IMG/VR virus record: IMGVR_UViG_3300027156_000006
Length of the DNA: 20,000 nucleotides
From: an uncultured virus (IMG/VR IMGVR_UViG_3300027156_000006)
Lineage: Duplodnaviria; Heunggongvirae; Uroviricota; Caudoviricetes
Strand: one strand, 5' to 3'
Within the stretch, counting starts at the first letter, position 1; each line of letters opens with the position of its first letter. The position numbers and the translations under genes are program-made. Below, in pieces: positions 7,056-15,577 of this stretch. The notes beneath the pieces were generated by a model. It worked only from the letters and a program-made list of their open reading frames with translations, was not told the origin of the DNA and made no database searches.

Positions 7056-7378
7056 TGGCAGCCCGCGATTCCTACCAAGGTCAAGCTATCGAGCGGGCAC
7101 GCCGCTTCGCTCGCATAATCGCCAATGGCGGCCGTAGGTCGGACTGCCTGCGCTATGCCGAAGAAAACTGGGGGGTCAAGGCAAGCTCCTGCGATCAATA
7201 CCTCCGCATGGCCCGCGATCAGCTCAAGGCTGACTGGGACATCGAACGGCCCCAGATGATCGCTGACCTGCTCTCTCAGTGCTCCACCCTTCAGATGGAA
7301 GCCCGCCGCGCTGGGCAGTACCACATCGCTCTAGGTGCCATTAACACCGCAGCCAAGCTCGCTCAGCTCTGCTCGTGA
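7055..7378 (+). CDS. terS: Terminase small subunit (probable)
   Basis: 107-aa HTH-like protein translationally coupled to TerL; C-terminal ALGAINTAAKLAQL helix. Confidence 0.7.
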   Translation: MAARDSYQGQAIERARRFARIIANGGRRSDCLRYAEENWGVKASSCDQYLRMARDQLKADWDIERPQMIADLLSQCSTLQMEARRAGQYHIALGAINTAAKLAQLCS

Positions 7379-8724
7379 GCATCCTTGCTGCTGCACCAAC
7401 AGGCAACGTCCTTCAGCAGATCGGTCATGGCAACGGCGACCTTGATGTAGCCAACCTCCTCGCTCGCATCACAGCGGACCTGCACCCCGGTCAGCTCGCC
7501 TTTGTCGAAGACCAGACAACCGAGATCCTTGGCATTTCTGCCGGATACGGCGCTGGTAAAACCCGTGCACTAGCCAGCAAGGCCGTTCACCTCGCCGCCA
7601 GCAATCAGGGCTTCATCGGCATCGTCATGGAGCCCACCGGCCCATTGATCCGTGACATCTGGCAGAACGACTTCGACGACTTCCTAGAGGCCTACGACAT
7701 CCCCTACACGTTCCGCGCTTCACCGCTCCCGGAATACGTGCTGCACCTGCCCGGCGGCGACACCAAGATCCTCTGCCGCAGCTTTGAAAACTGGCAGCGC
7801 TGCATCGGCATCAACGCCGCATGGTGCCTCTGCGATGAAATTGATACTGTCCCACCCTCCACGGCCAACAAGGCCTTCCCCAAGATCCTTGGCCGCCTTC
7901 GTGCCGGCAACGTTCGGCAGTTCGGTGCAGCCTCCACACCTGAAGGCTTCCGCTGGATGTGGCAAACCTTCGCCTCAGAAGAGACCAAGGAACGCGCTGA
8001 TCGCAAGCTGATCAAGATGCGCACGGCAGACAACCCCTATCTGCCGCCTGACTTCATTGAGCGTCTACAGGCCAACTACGACCCGAACCTGCTGCAGGCC
8101 TACCTCAACGGTGAGTTTGTCTCGCTCACCACCGGCCAGGTGTACGACCGCTTCAACCGTGAGCTGCACGTTCAGACGGTTGACTGGGATCCAGAAGAGC
8201 CGATCCTGCTCGGCATTGACTTCAATATTGGCAACATGAGTGGCGTCTTAGCCGTGCGCCGTGGCCGTGAGCTGCACGTCTTTGATGAGATTACCGGTGC
8301 CCACGACACCGATGCCCTCGCTCAAGAGGCTCGCCGCCGTTACGGCAAAGCACGCATCCTTGGCTACCCCGATGCTTCCGGTGCCAACCGCAGCACCAAT
8401 AGCTCCCGCAGCGACATCGCCATCCTGGAGAGCTACGACATCAGCAACATGGCACCCTCAGCCAACCCACCGGTGCGCGACAGGATCGCAGCGGTGCAAG
8501 CGTTGCTGGAGAACGGCATGGCCGAGCGCCGTCTGTTCGTCGATAAGCGCTGCAAGAAGCTGATCGAGTGCCTAGAGCTGCAGAGCTACACAGAGCAAGG
8601 TGATCCAGACAAGAGCGCCGGCTATGACCACATGAATGATGCGCTCGGCTACATCGTCCACCGCTGCTTTGAAGTGGGCCGTGGCCACAGCGGTAAAGCA
8701 GTGCGCAATCTGCGCATCTACTGA
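7375..8724 (+). CDS. terL: Terminase large subunit
   Basis: Walker A GYGAGKT, Walker B LCDE, motif III ASTPEG, RNase H-like nuclease motifs GIDFN and DHMNDA. Confidence 0.95.
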   Translation: MSILAAAPTGNVLQQIGHGNGDLDVANLLARITADLHPGQLAFVEDQTTEILGISAGYGAGKTRALASKAVHLAASNQGFIGIVMEPTGPLIRDIWQNDFDDFLEAYDIPYTFRASPLPEYVLHLPGGDTKILCRSFENWQRCIGINAAWCLCDEIDTVPPSTANKAFPKILGRLRAGNVRQFGAASTPEGFRWMWQTFASEETKERADRKLIKMRTADNPYLPPDFIERLQANYDPNLLQAYLNGEFVSLTTGQVYDRFNRELHVQTVDWDPEEPILLGIDFNIGNMSGVLAVRRGRELHVFDEITGAHDTDALAQEARRRYGKARILGYPDASGANRSTNSSRSDIAILESYDISNMAPSANPPVRDRIAAVQALLENGMAERRLFVDKRCKKLIECLELQSYTEQGDPDKSAGYDHMNDALGYIVHRCFEVGRGHSGKAVRNLRIY

Positions 8725-8726
8725 TC

Positions 8727-8736
8727 GGAAACCTAG
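8727..8736 (+). promoter_or_regulatory. Putative late-promoter motif
   Basis: GGAAACCTAG between the terL stop and the portal start. Confidence 0.6.
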
Positions 8737-8747
8737 AAAAAAGGGCT

Positions 8748-10217
8748 GTGCACTTCAATCTCGCTGCCACTGAACTCAAGCCCGTCCTGTCCATTCAGGA
8801 TCTCGGCGTTCACGATCCCGGCATCGCCTGGCAGCGGATGCAGCCCCGCTGGGAACTCATCGAAGAGCTGATCGGTGGCACGCTGCAGCTGCAAGCCGCA
8901 GGCCGTCGCTACCTGCCGCAGGAGCCGAAGGAATCCGACGAGAGCTATCTCGCCCGCCTGCGCCGCAGCGTCTGCCCGCCGTACTACCAGCGCTTAGAGC
9001 AGATGCTGGCCGGCATGATCAGCCGCAAGCCAGTCCGTCTGGACAACGTGCCTGATCAGGTGCAAGAGCACATGATGGACGTCGATCTGCAGGGCAACGA
9101 TCTCAACGTCTACCTGCACAGCCTGGCCCGCACCTGTCTGCGCTACGGGCACGTCGGCGTGCTGGTGGACTTCCCTCGCGGTGATGAAGGCGACGACACA
9201 CCGGTTACTGACTTCAACCGTCCCTACTGGGTGAGCTACAGCCCACGGGACATCCTTGGCTGGCGAACTGACGTAGTGGGCGGCACGCAAAAGCTCACGC
9301 AGCTGCGCCTGCTAGAGCGCGTCGTCGTGCCTTACTCGGAATACGGCGAAGAGGTGGTGGAGCAGGTGCGGGTGCTGACGCCCGGTGCGTTCCAGCTGTT
9401 CCGCAAGCAGGCCTCCCGCTCCCGTGATTGGGAACTGGTCAGCGAAGGCCAGACCACGCTCGACGAGATCCCCTTTGCGGTTGCCTACTCCAACCGCGTG
9501 GGCATCCTGGAATCCACCCCGCCGCTGGAAGAGGTCGCACACCTCAACCTGCAGAGCTACCGCGTCAGCTCAGACCTCAGCAATCAGCTGCACATCGCTG
9601 CTGTGCCTCGCTTCCATCTGTACGGCGTGCCAGCCGAACTAGATGAGATCACTGCTGGCCCTGACTCCGCCATGGCTCTACCCGTGGATTCACGGGCTGA
9701 GTTTGTGGAGCCGCAAGGCACCAGCTACGGCTTCCAGTTCCAGCAGCTGGATCGCATTGAACGCCAGATCAATCAACTTGGCCTGGCCGCTGTGATGGGT
9801 CAAAACATGACCAACCAAGCGGCAGAAGCCAAGGCCATTGACCGCAGCCAAGGTGATGCTGCCCTGATGACCGTGGCGCTTGGCCTGCAGGATCTGATCG
9901 ACAACTGCCTGCGCTTCCACAGTGCGTTCCTCGGTCTGCCCAACAGCGGCAGCAGCATGGTCAACAACGACTTCGTGGCCCGCACGCTGGAGCCTGGTCA
10001 TGTAGCCGAGCTGATCAAGCTGCGCCTCAACGGTGACATCACGCAGGAAACCCTGCTGATCCAGCTAGCCGATGGTGAGTGGCTCTACGACGACTTCAAT
10101 GTCGATCAGGAGATTGAAGCCACCGCAGCGCAACAGCAATCACGGCTTGATGCACAAGCTGCGCAGCTTGATGCAAATCTGCAACAACTTCCGGGGCAAC
10201 CTAATCAGCAACCCTGA
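8748..10217 (+). CDS. Portal protein (DUF4055/SPP1-like)
   Basis: Follows TerL; 489 aa; YLPQEPKESDESYLARL, VDLQGNDL, YGHVGVLVD and PPLEEVAHLN motifs. Confidence 0.9.
   Translation: MHFNLAATELKPVLSIQDLGVHDPGIAWQRMQPRWELIEELIGGTLQLQAAGRRYLPQEPKESDESYLARLRRSVCPPYYQRLEQMLAGMISRKPVRLDNVPDQVQEHMMDVDLQGNDLNVYLHSLARTCLRYGHVGVLVDFPRGDEGDDTPVTDFNRPYWVSYSPRDILGWRTDVVGGTQKLTQLRLLERVVVPYSEYGEEVVEQVRVLTPGAFQLFRKQASRSRDWELVSEGQTTLDEIPFAVAYSNRVGILESTPPLEEVAHLNLQSYRVSSDLSNQLHIAAVPRFHLYGVPAELDEITAGPDSAMALPVDSRAEFVEPQGTSYGFQFQQLDRIERQINQLGLAAVMGQNMTNQAAEAKAIDRSQGDAALMTVALGLQDLIDNCLRFHSAFLGLPNSGSSMVNNDFVARTLEPGHVAELIKLRLNGDITQETLLIQLADGEWLYDDFNVDQEIEATAAQQQSRLDAQAAQLDANLQQLPGQPNQQP
10195..10204 (+). promoter_or_regulatory. 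Putative late-promoter motif
   Basis: GGCAACCTAA in the last codons of the portal gene, upstream of scaffold ATG 10232. Confidence 0.6.
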
Positions 10218-10231
10218 GCCTGTGGCTCTAC

Positions 10232-10915
10232 ATGCCCGACAACGACACCGCTCCTGTGGAGCAGTCTGCAAACAACGCTGATCTGCAAGCCCTGCAAGCA
10301 GAACTCGATGCCATGCGCCGCAAGAATGCGGAGCTGCTGGACGAGAAGAAGAAGCTGGCCAAGAAGCTGCCTGAAGTGCCCGATGGCGTTGATGTCCAGG
10401 AACTGCTGGACTTCAAGCGCAAGGTGGAGCAGCAGCAGCTGGAATCCAAAGGCAAGTACGACGAAGCGCTTAAGACCTACGAGCAGCAGTACCGCGAGCG
10501 TGAATCGCAGCTGCAGGCTCGTGTCGCTGAGCTAGAGGCCGAAAACCGTGAACTCAAGGTGATCGGTCCTGCCGTCGCTGCCCTGGCCGACACCGTGCAC
10601 GATCCAGATGAGGTGATCAGGTTGCGGCTCAAGCCCGATCAGATTGAGCGCGAAGCAGACGGCAGCGTGGTCGTTGTCGATGGCTACCAGCGCACACCAA
10701 TCAGCGACTGGGCACGCACCAGCCTGCCGCAGTACCGCCTCAAGGCACCAAAGCCCGCCGGCACCGGCGCACCGGTTGGCCGTAGCACCGCTGAACTACC
10801 TGCCGGCAGCAAAAACCCCTTCTCGCGTGAGCACTACAACCTCACCGAACAAGCACGGATCTACAAAACAGATCCTGAACTCTATGCACGCTTAAAAGCT
10901 GCAGCTAGTAAGTAA
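10232..10915 (+). CDS. Capsid scaffolding protein
   Basis: Coiled-coil N-terminal half, GTGA linker, C-terminal KNPFSREHYNLTEQARIYK; directly before the MCP. Confidence 0.85.
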   Translation: MPDNDTAPVEQSANNADLQALQAELDAMRRKNAELLDEKKKLAKKLPEVPDGVDVQELLDFKRKVEQQQLESKGKYDEALKTYEQQYRERESQLQARVAELEAENRELKVIGPAVAALADTVHDPDEVIRLRLKPDQIEREADGSVVVVDGYQRTPISDWARTSLPQYRLKAPKPAGTGAPVGRSTAELPAGSKNPFSREHYNLTEQARIYKTDPELYARLKAAASK

Positions 10916-11010
10916 ACGCTTCTGGCATACTTACAAGCAAGAGGGAAGGCTGTGCTGACCCATTGGCCTGTGGCCGCACCACAAACCCACTCTCTTTAGG
11001 AGCTTGAACC

Positions 11011-12066
11011 ATGGCGGCAACAGTCCGCTCGGATATTGTCATCCCGGAGATTTTTACTCCGTATCTGGAAGAGGCCACCACTCTTCGCAATGCCTTTATC
11101 GCTTCCGGTGTTGTGCAGCCCCTTGAGGCTCTCAACGCTGTGGCCGATGGCGGCGACTACGTGAATGTGCCCTTTTTCGATGCCAACCTCAGCGGCGACG
11201 CTGAAGTGCTGGCTGATAACGCCAGTCTGACCCCTGGCAACATCACCGCCGACAAGCAGCGCGGTGTGGTGCTGCACCGTGGTCGCGCTTGGGGTGTGCG
11301 TGAGCTGGCCAAGCTGGCTGCTGGTGCTGACCCCATGGCCGCCATCGGCAACAAGGTCGCTGCCTACATCGCTCACCAACAGCAGAAGGATCTGCTGGCC
11401 ACCCTCGCTGGTGTGTTTGGTGCAGTCGGTAGCAGCAACAGCTCGGCATCCTTTGTCGATCTGACCTTTGATGCCGGCGGTTCTGGTGAGACCCCTCTCA
11501 CCCCTCGTCACGTCGCCAAGGCTCGTGCACTGCTGGGTGATCAAGGCGACAAGCTGAGCGCTATCTGCATGCACTCGGCTGTCTACTACGACCTCGTAGA
11601 GCGTCGTGCCATTGACTACGTGACCGCCTCTGAAGCTCGCGCTACCGCTGCTGCTTCTAACGCTGCTACCCCCGATGTGTTCGCTGGCTCTGTGGCTGGC
11701 GCATATACCGCTGACGGCAGCGTGCCCTTTTACATGGGCATGCGCGTGATCGTCTCCGACGATGTGCAGACCAGCGGCTCTGGCTCCTCGAAGAAATATG
11801 CAACTTATTTCTTCACTCCGGGGGCAGTCGGATCGGGCGAAGCCCAGGGCATCAAAACCGAAGTGGACCGCGACATCCTCGCGCTGGCCGACTACATGGC
11901 CGTGTCCTGGCACAACGTGTTCCACCCCATTGGTGCTCAGTACCAGACCGCCGGCGGTGCTAACCCCTCACAGGCAACTCTGGCCACTGTTGCCAACTGG
12001 ACCAAGGTGTACGAGACCAAGAACATTGGCATCGTGCGCGGCACTGTCACCAGCAACTTCGACTGA
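11011..12066 (+). CDS. Major capsid protein
   Basis: AGGAG RBS; DIVIPEIFTPY, SGVV, RGRAW, GADPMAAI, EVDRDIL and NWTKVYETKNI motifs; 351 aa. Confidence 0.92.
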   Translation: MAATVRSDIVIPEIFTPYLEEATTLRNAFIASGVVQPLEALNAVADGGDYVNVPFFDANLSGDAEVLADNASLTPGNITADKQRGVVLHRGRAWGVRELAKLAAGADPMAAIGNKVAAYIAHQQQKDLLATLAGVFGAVGSSNSSASFVDLTFDAGGSGETPLTPRHVAKARALLGDQGDKLSAICMHSAVYYDLVERRAIDYVTASEARATAAASNAATPDVFAGSVAGAYTADGSVPFYMGMRVIVSDDVQTSGSGSSKKYATYFFTPGAVGSGEAQGIKTEVDRDILALADYMAVSWHNVFHPIGAQYQTAGGANPSQATLATVANWTKVYETKNIGIVRGTVTSNFD

Positions 12067-12077
12067 GGTTGATCTTC

Positions 12078-12236
12078 ATGGGACTGACCGGGTTCAACCT
12101 GGCTCGTCGTGAAGAAGAAGAGGCTGCTGCTTCGGCAGTGGCCTCTGTTTCTACAGAGTCAGAAGTCTGCTCCATGCCTGAGCAGAAAGAAGCCCCCAAG
12201 CGCGGGCGCAAGAAGGCTGAGTCTGTCGAAGACTGA
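12078..12236 (+). CDS. Small head-region hypothetical peptide (52 aa, MGLTGFNLARREEEE...PKRGRKK), not in the ORF track
   Basis: GAGG RBS after the MCP stop; TGATG coupling to the next ORF. Confidence 0.7.
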   Translation: MGLTGFNLARREEEEAAASAVASVSTESEVCSMPEQKEAPKRGRKKAESVED

Positions 12237-12373
12237 TGGCGGTCAAAGCTAAGGCGGGTGTTACTGCCCGCCTTTTTGGCAAGGGCAAACCCAAAAAGAC
12301 CCGGCAAGGGTATGGCCAGCACAGCCGGCCAAACCACGGGCGCAAAAAGCTAAGAGGACAAGGGCGTGGCTGA
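12236..12373 (+). CDS. Small highly basic peptide (45 aa) ending RKKLRGQGRG, not in the ORF track
   Basis: MAVKAKAGVTARLFGKGKPKKTRQGYGQHSRPNHGRKKLRGQGRG; overlaps the flanking genes at both ends. Confidence 0.7.
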   Translation: MAVKAKAGVTARLFGKGKPKKTRQGYGQHSRPNHGRKKLRGQGRG

Positions 12374-13379
12374 TCTGTCGCAGCAAGTTGAAGCGTTCCT
12401 GCGCAACGCGCTGCGGCAAAAACAGCTGGAAGATCGCCTGATCAGGCAAGCACTACGAGACCTGCGCACCACGCTGACAGCTGTAGAGCGCGTCGTTGGT
12501 CAGTCGGGTGTGCTGAGCTTTGGGCCGGGCCGTGAGCAGACCATCAATGCGGTGGTGGCCGCTGTGGCCCGCAGCGTGCAGGAGAGCTTCGGTGTGCCGC
12601 AACTGGCAGCGCTGCAGGAAGCCCTGCGGCCGTTTGTAGAGCAGCAGCTGAGCTTCGCCCGCCGCATGGTCACCATGGCCGGCGGTGACCTAATCAATGA
12701 AGGTGCAGCGTCAGCATCAACCGTTCAGGTGCAGCGCATCGTTAATGACGCGGTGGTGGCTGGCAAAACGCTGAGCACGCAGCTCACGCAGAGCCTGCCG
12801 GCGTTGGTGGCTGATCGTGTGGAGCGCTTTGCACGCCTTGGCCTCTCGGACATCGGCGGCGAAACCTTCGCCACCTACGAAAGCGCCGTGGTGCGCATCA
12901 CCGAAAACAACGTTGAAGCCCTGATCCGCACAGGTGTGCAGGAAGTAGGCAGCGCCGCGCAGCAGGCGATCTATGAGTTTGAAGCCGATCCTGACTGGAT
13001 GGGACCGGACGGGCTTGTCTGGACAGCAGTGCTGGATTCTGCCGTTTGCCCAATCTGCTTGAAGCTGGATGGCAAGCGATTTCCAGCTACTTACCGGAAG
13101 GTATCACCGCATTTTCAGTGTAGATGTGTAATCCTGCCTTGGAAATGGCGCAACGAGACGATGACCGATCCACAGGGCAACCCGGTGCAGCCCAATCGCC
13201 TGGCTGACGGTGATGGCGCCGAGGGTGCGTTGTCATTCAAAGTGGCTGCCAAGCAGTGGGTCAAAGACAACCCCGAGACTGCACAGGCCATCTTTGGCAA
13301 GAAGCTGGGCCAACGCCTTGTTGACGGTGAGATCAGCTTTGATCGTGCCGTCAAACTCTGGCAATCACCCAAGAAATAA
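12366..13379 (+). CDS. Head morphogenesis / minor head protein (SPP1 gp7 / Mu gpF family)
   Basis: WTAVLDSAVCPICLKLDG...PHFQCRC signature. Confidence 0.85.
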   Translation: MADLSQQVEAFLRNALRQKQLEDRLIRQALRDLRTTLTAVERVVGQSGVLSFGPGREQTINAVVAAVARSVQESFGVPQLAALQEALRPFVEQQLSFARRMVTMAGGDLINEGAASASTVQVQRIVNDAVVAGKTLSTQLTQSLPALVADRVERFARLGLSDIGGETFATYESAVVRITENNVEALIRTGVQEVGSAAQQAIYEFEADPDWMGPDGLVWTAVLDSAVCPICLKLDGKRFPATYRKVSPHFQCRCVILPWKWRNETMTDPQGNPVQPNRLADGDGAEGALSFKVAAKQWVKDNPETAQAIFGKKLGQRLVDGEISFDRAVKLWQSPKK

Positions 13380-13382
13380 GCG

Positions 13383-13392
13383 GGCAACCTAG
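13383..13392 (+). promoter_or_regulatory. Putative late-promoter motif
   Basis: GGCAACCTAG intergenic, before ATG 13411. Confidence 0.65.
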
Positions 13393-13410
13393 CGGCAAGG
13401 GTGTGCCGCT

Positions 13411-13968
13411 ATGACCGTCACTGTCGTTGCTACTGCTGGCGCTGCTGATGCCAACAGCTATCTGACAGTGGCTGCTGCAGATGATTTGGCCAACCTGTAC
13501 CTCGGCACTCTCAACTGGTCATCGGCCAGCACCGATAACAAAGGCCGTGCGCTGATCATGGCCACGCGCTACCTCGATGAGCTGAGCTACATCGGTGAGC
13601 GTGCTGCCAGCACACAAGCGCTGCTCTGGCCCCGCACGGACGCCGAGTGTGGCGACTGGTCTTACAGCAGCACCGAGATCCCCAAGCCGATCAAGCAGGC
13701 CACCTTTGACCTGGCCGAATACCTGCTCGGTGATGGCAATGCCCTGTCAACTGGCGGTGCCGGCAGTAGCGAACTGATCAGCGGCATCCCCAACGCCAAC
13801 CTCAAGCGTGCCCAGATTGATGTGATCAGCGTGGAGTTCAATTCCACCCCACAGGCCGAAAGCAAGAACGCTTTGAATGTGCTTCCGCACTTGTCTAAAG
13901 TGTTGGGATGCTTATGCACCAGCACCGCAGCATCAGCCTTCGGGTCGCGCCTCGTCCTGCGAAGTTAG
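13411..13968 (+). CDS. Head-tail adaptor (phage 'DnaT-like' connector family)
   Basis: ANSYLTVAAAD...ALIMATRYLD...TQALLWPR...IPKPIKQAT pattern and position after the head genes. Confidence 0.8.
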   Translation: MTVTVVATAGAADANSYLTVAAADDLANLYLGTLNWSSASTDNKGRALIMATRYLDELSYIGERAASTQALLWPRTDAECGDWSYSSTEIPKPIKQATFDLAEYLLGDGNALSTGGAGSSELISGIPNANLKRAQIDVISVEFNSTPQAESKNALNVLPHLSKVLGCLCTSTAASAFGSRLVLRS

Positions 13969-13973
13969 ACAAG

Positions 13974-14552
13974 ATGCGCGTTGCTGAAGGCCAGCTTGAT
14001 TTCTTCAGCACTCCGGCCGCTGCACCGGAGAAAAAGCGCAGCGAAGGACACCTTGCTAAACCACTGACCCGCGAGGAACAGCGGCGGTTTGGGCGCATGT
14101 ATGCCGAAAACATCGGCCTGATCAAGATGTTCGGCGGGAAGCTGTGCCGCAAGTACAGCCACTGCATGGCCAAGGAGGATATCTTCTCCTGCTGTGACAT
14201 TGCCTTCTTGAAGGCGTGCCGTGCTTGGGATCCCGAGAAGGGAAAGCTGAGCACGATCTTCTGGAGCTTTGCCCAAGGTGAAGTGCTGCACTTTTTGCGG
14301 GGCCACAACTGGACGATCAAGGCCACGCACAAGGTCAGGCTGCTGGGCAACAACGCCAGGCGGCTGATGGCGTTGGGCTGGCAGCCGGCAGCGATCTGCA
14401 AGGAGCTGAGCTGCAGCAAGCAAGACCTCAAGGAAGCACTGCTAGCGACAGCAGGCGTGGCCCATGACGTGAAGGGCTTTGACCTACATGTATGCCCGCG
14501 CATGACGCCGTGGGAGGTACTTGAGGCCGAAGAGGAGGCTGCTGCTAGTTAG
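13974..14552 (+). CDS. Phage sigma70-family factor, regions 2 and 3 only
   Basis: LTREEQ (region 1.2-like), ENIGLIK...EDIFSCCDIAFLKACRAWDPEKGKLSTIFW...GEVLHFLR (region 2), PAAICKELSCSKQDLKEAL (region 3 HTH); ends with no recognisable region 4. Confidence 0.8.
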   Translation: MRVAEGQLDFFSTPAAAPEKKRSEGHLAKPLTREEQRRFGRMYAENIGLIKMFGGKLCRKYSHCMAKEDIFSCCDIAFLKACRAWDPEKGKLSTIFWSFAQGEVLHFLRGHNWTIKATHKVRLLGNNARRLMALGWQPAAICKELSCSKQDLKEALLATAGVAHDVKGFDLHVCPRMTPWEVLEAEEEAAAS

Positions 14553-14553
14553 G

Positions 14554-14563
14554 GGCAACCTAA
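14554..14563 (+). promoter_or_regulatory. Putative late-promoter motif
   Basis: GGCAACCTAA intergenic, before tail tube ATG 14587. Confidence 0.65.
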
Positions 14564-14586
14564 GGCACACGCCACAGGTTTAAGTC

Positions 14587-15066
14587 ATGGCCACCGGTGC
14601 CTTTTTTAACTCGCTGGGGTATCGGTTCTATGTGAAGGCCGGCACCACCGCCAGCACCAAGCCAACCGCTAGCACCGGCATGACTGAGGTGCTGTCCCTG
14701 ACCAACGCTGGTATCCAGGGCACCAGCCAGACGCAGGAAGTGCAGGACTACGGCAGCACGCTGGGCTTTACCGCTTCGCTGGTGACCACGCAGGCTTACA
14801 CCATCCCCTGCGAGATGAACCTCAACCTGAATGACGCCGGTTATGCCGTCCTCAAAAATGCTGCCCTAAATGCTGCAACCGGCACCACTGTTGAGTGGTA
14901 TCGTGAATCGCCCGAGATGAGTGGCACCGGCAGCCCTGAATACCACTCCGGCGTCGCCTTCGTGACCGACTTCTCGGAGTCGATTGCTGCAGGCAATGTT
15001 GCAACTGTCAGTTTTACCTTGTCGGGCTACGGCTCGTATTCCTGGTCTGCCGAGACCAACGCCTGA
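14587..15066 (+). CDS. Major tail tube protein (siphovirus type)
   Basis: 159 aa, T/S/G-rich, beta-strand-like; GVAFVTDFSES...GNVATVSFTLSGYG C-terminal signature. Confidence 0.85.
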   Translation: MATGAFFNSLGYRFYVKAGTTASTKPTASTGMTEVLSLTNAGIQGTSQTQEVQDYGSTLGFTASLVTTQAYTIPCEMNLNLNDAGYAVLKNAALNAATGTTVEWYRESPEMSGTGSPEYHSGVAFVTDFSESIAAGNVATVSFTLSGYGSYSWSAETNA

Positions 15067-15093
15067 GCAACTTAGGTTGTCGGGTGGACAGCA

Positions 15094-15123
15094 GAGCGGC
15101 CAGCTGGAGATGGCCGCTTTTTT
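15094..15123 (+). terminator. Intrinsic terminator between convergent genes
   Basis: AGCGGCCA-GCTGGAGA-TGGCCGCT followed by a T-run. Confidence 0.8.
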
Positions 15124-15127
15124 GTGT

Positions 15128-15577
15128 CTACAACCCGCCGATGCCGTCTAGGCGTCGCCACTGCTCAGCAAAGAAGCGATCTAGCGGTTGCTTCTCTAGG
15201 GCTGGCTTGATCCAGTTGCGGCCTGGTACCAGTGTGCCCTTGCTGGTGGTGTAGCCCGTCAAGATGAGGCCGGCATACATGAATCCGTCTTTGCTCTTGG
15301 GTTCCCATGTGAAGCGCAGCTGCGTTGCACTGGGGCGATCACGACGTTGAGAGCGCAGCAGACCGCCGAGGTCCACGATGTCGCGTGGGCTGCTGACGGT
15401 TTGCCCATTGCGGCGTTTGGTGGCACGCGGCCAACCGAACTGCGGCGTTTGGATCTCTTCCTTGAGCTGATCACCCAAGACCTTCCCGTAGGTGGTCAGG
15501 ATCTGCGGCACGCGCAGCTTGAGCTGATTGGCATTCCAGCCGGTCAGCTTGAAGTTGGCCTTGACCTGAACTGGCAT
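15128..15577 (-). CDS. HK97 gp10-like neck / tail-completion protein (probable)
   Basis: PRDIVDLGGLLRS...YAGLILTG...PGRNWIKPAL pattern. Confidence 0.6.
   Translation of the reverse strand: MPVQVKANFKLTGWNANQLKLRVPQILTTYGKVLGDQLKEEIQTPQFGWPRATKRRNGQTVSSPRDIVDLGGLLRSQRRDRPSATQLRFTWEPKSKDGFMYAGLILTGYTTSKGTLVPGRNWIKPALEKQPLDRFFAEQWRRLDGIGGL

Noticed and set aside
10996..11925. 309-aa minus-strand ORF and the other long antisense ORFs over structural genes
   Set aside because: Shadows of GC-rich, codon-biased plus-strand genes; no RBS or recognisable motifs
13411..13968. Replication-restart DnaT function
   Set aside because: The family label is misleading; position among head genes indicates a head-tail adaptor
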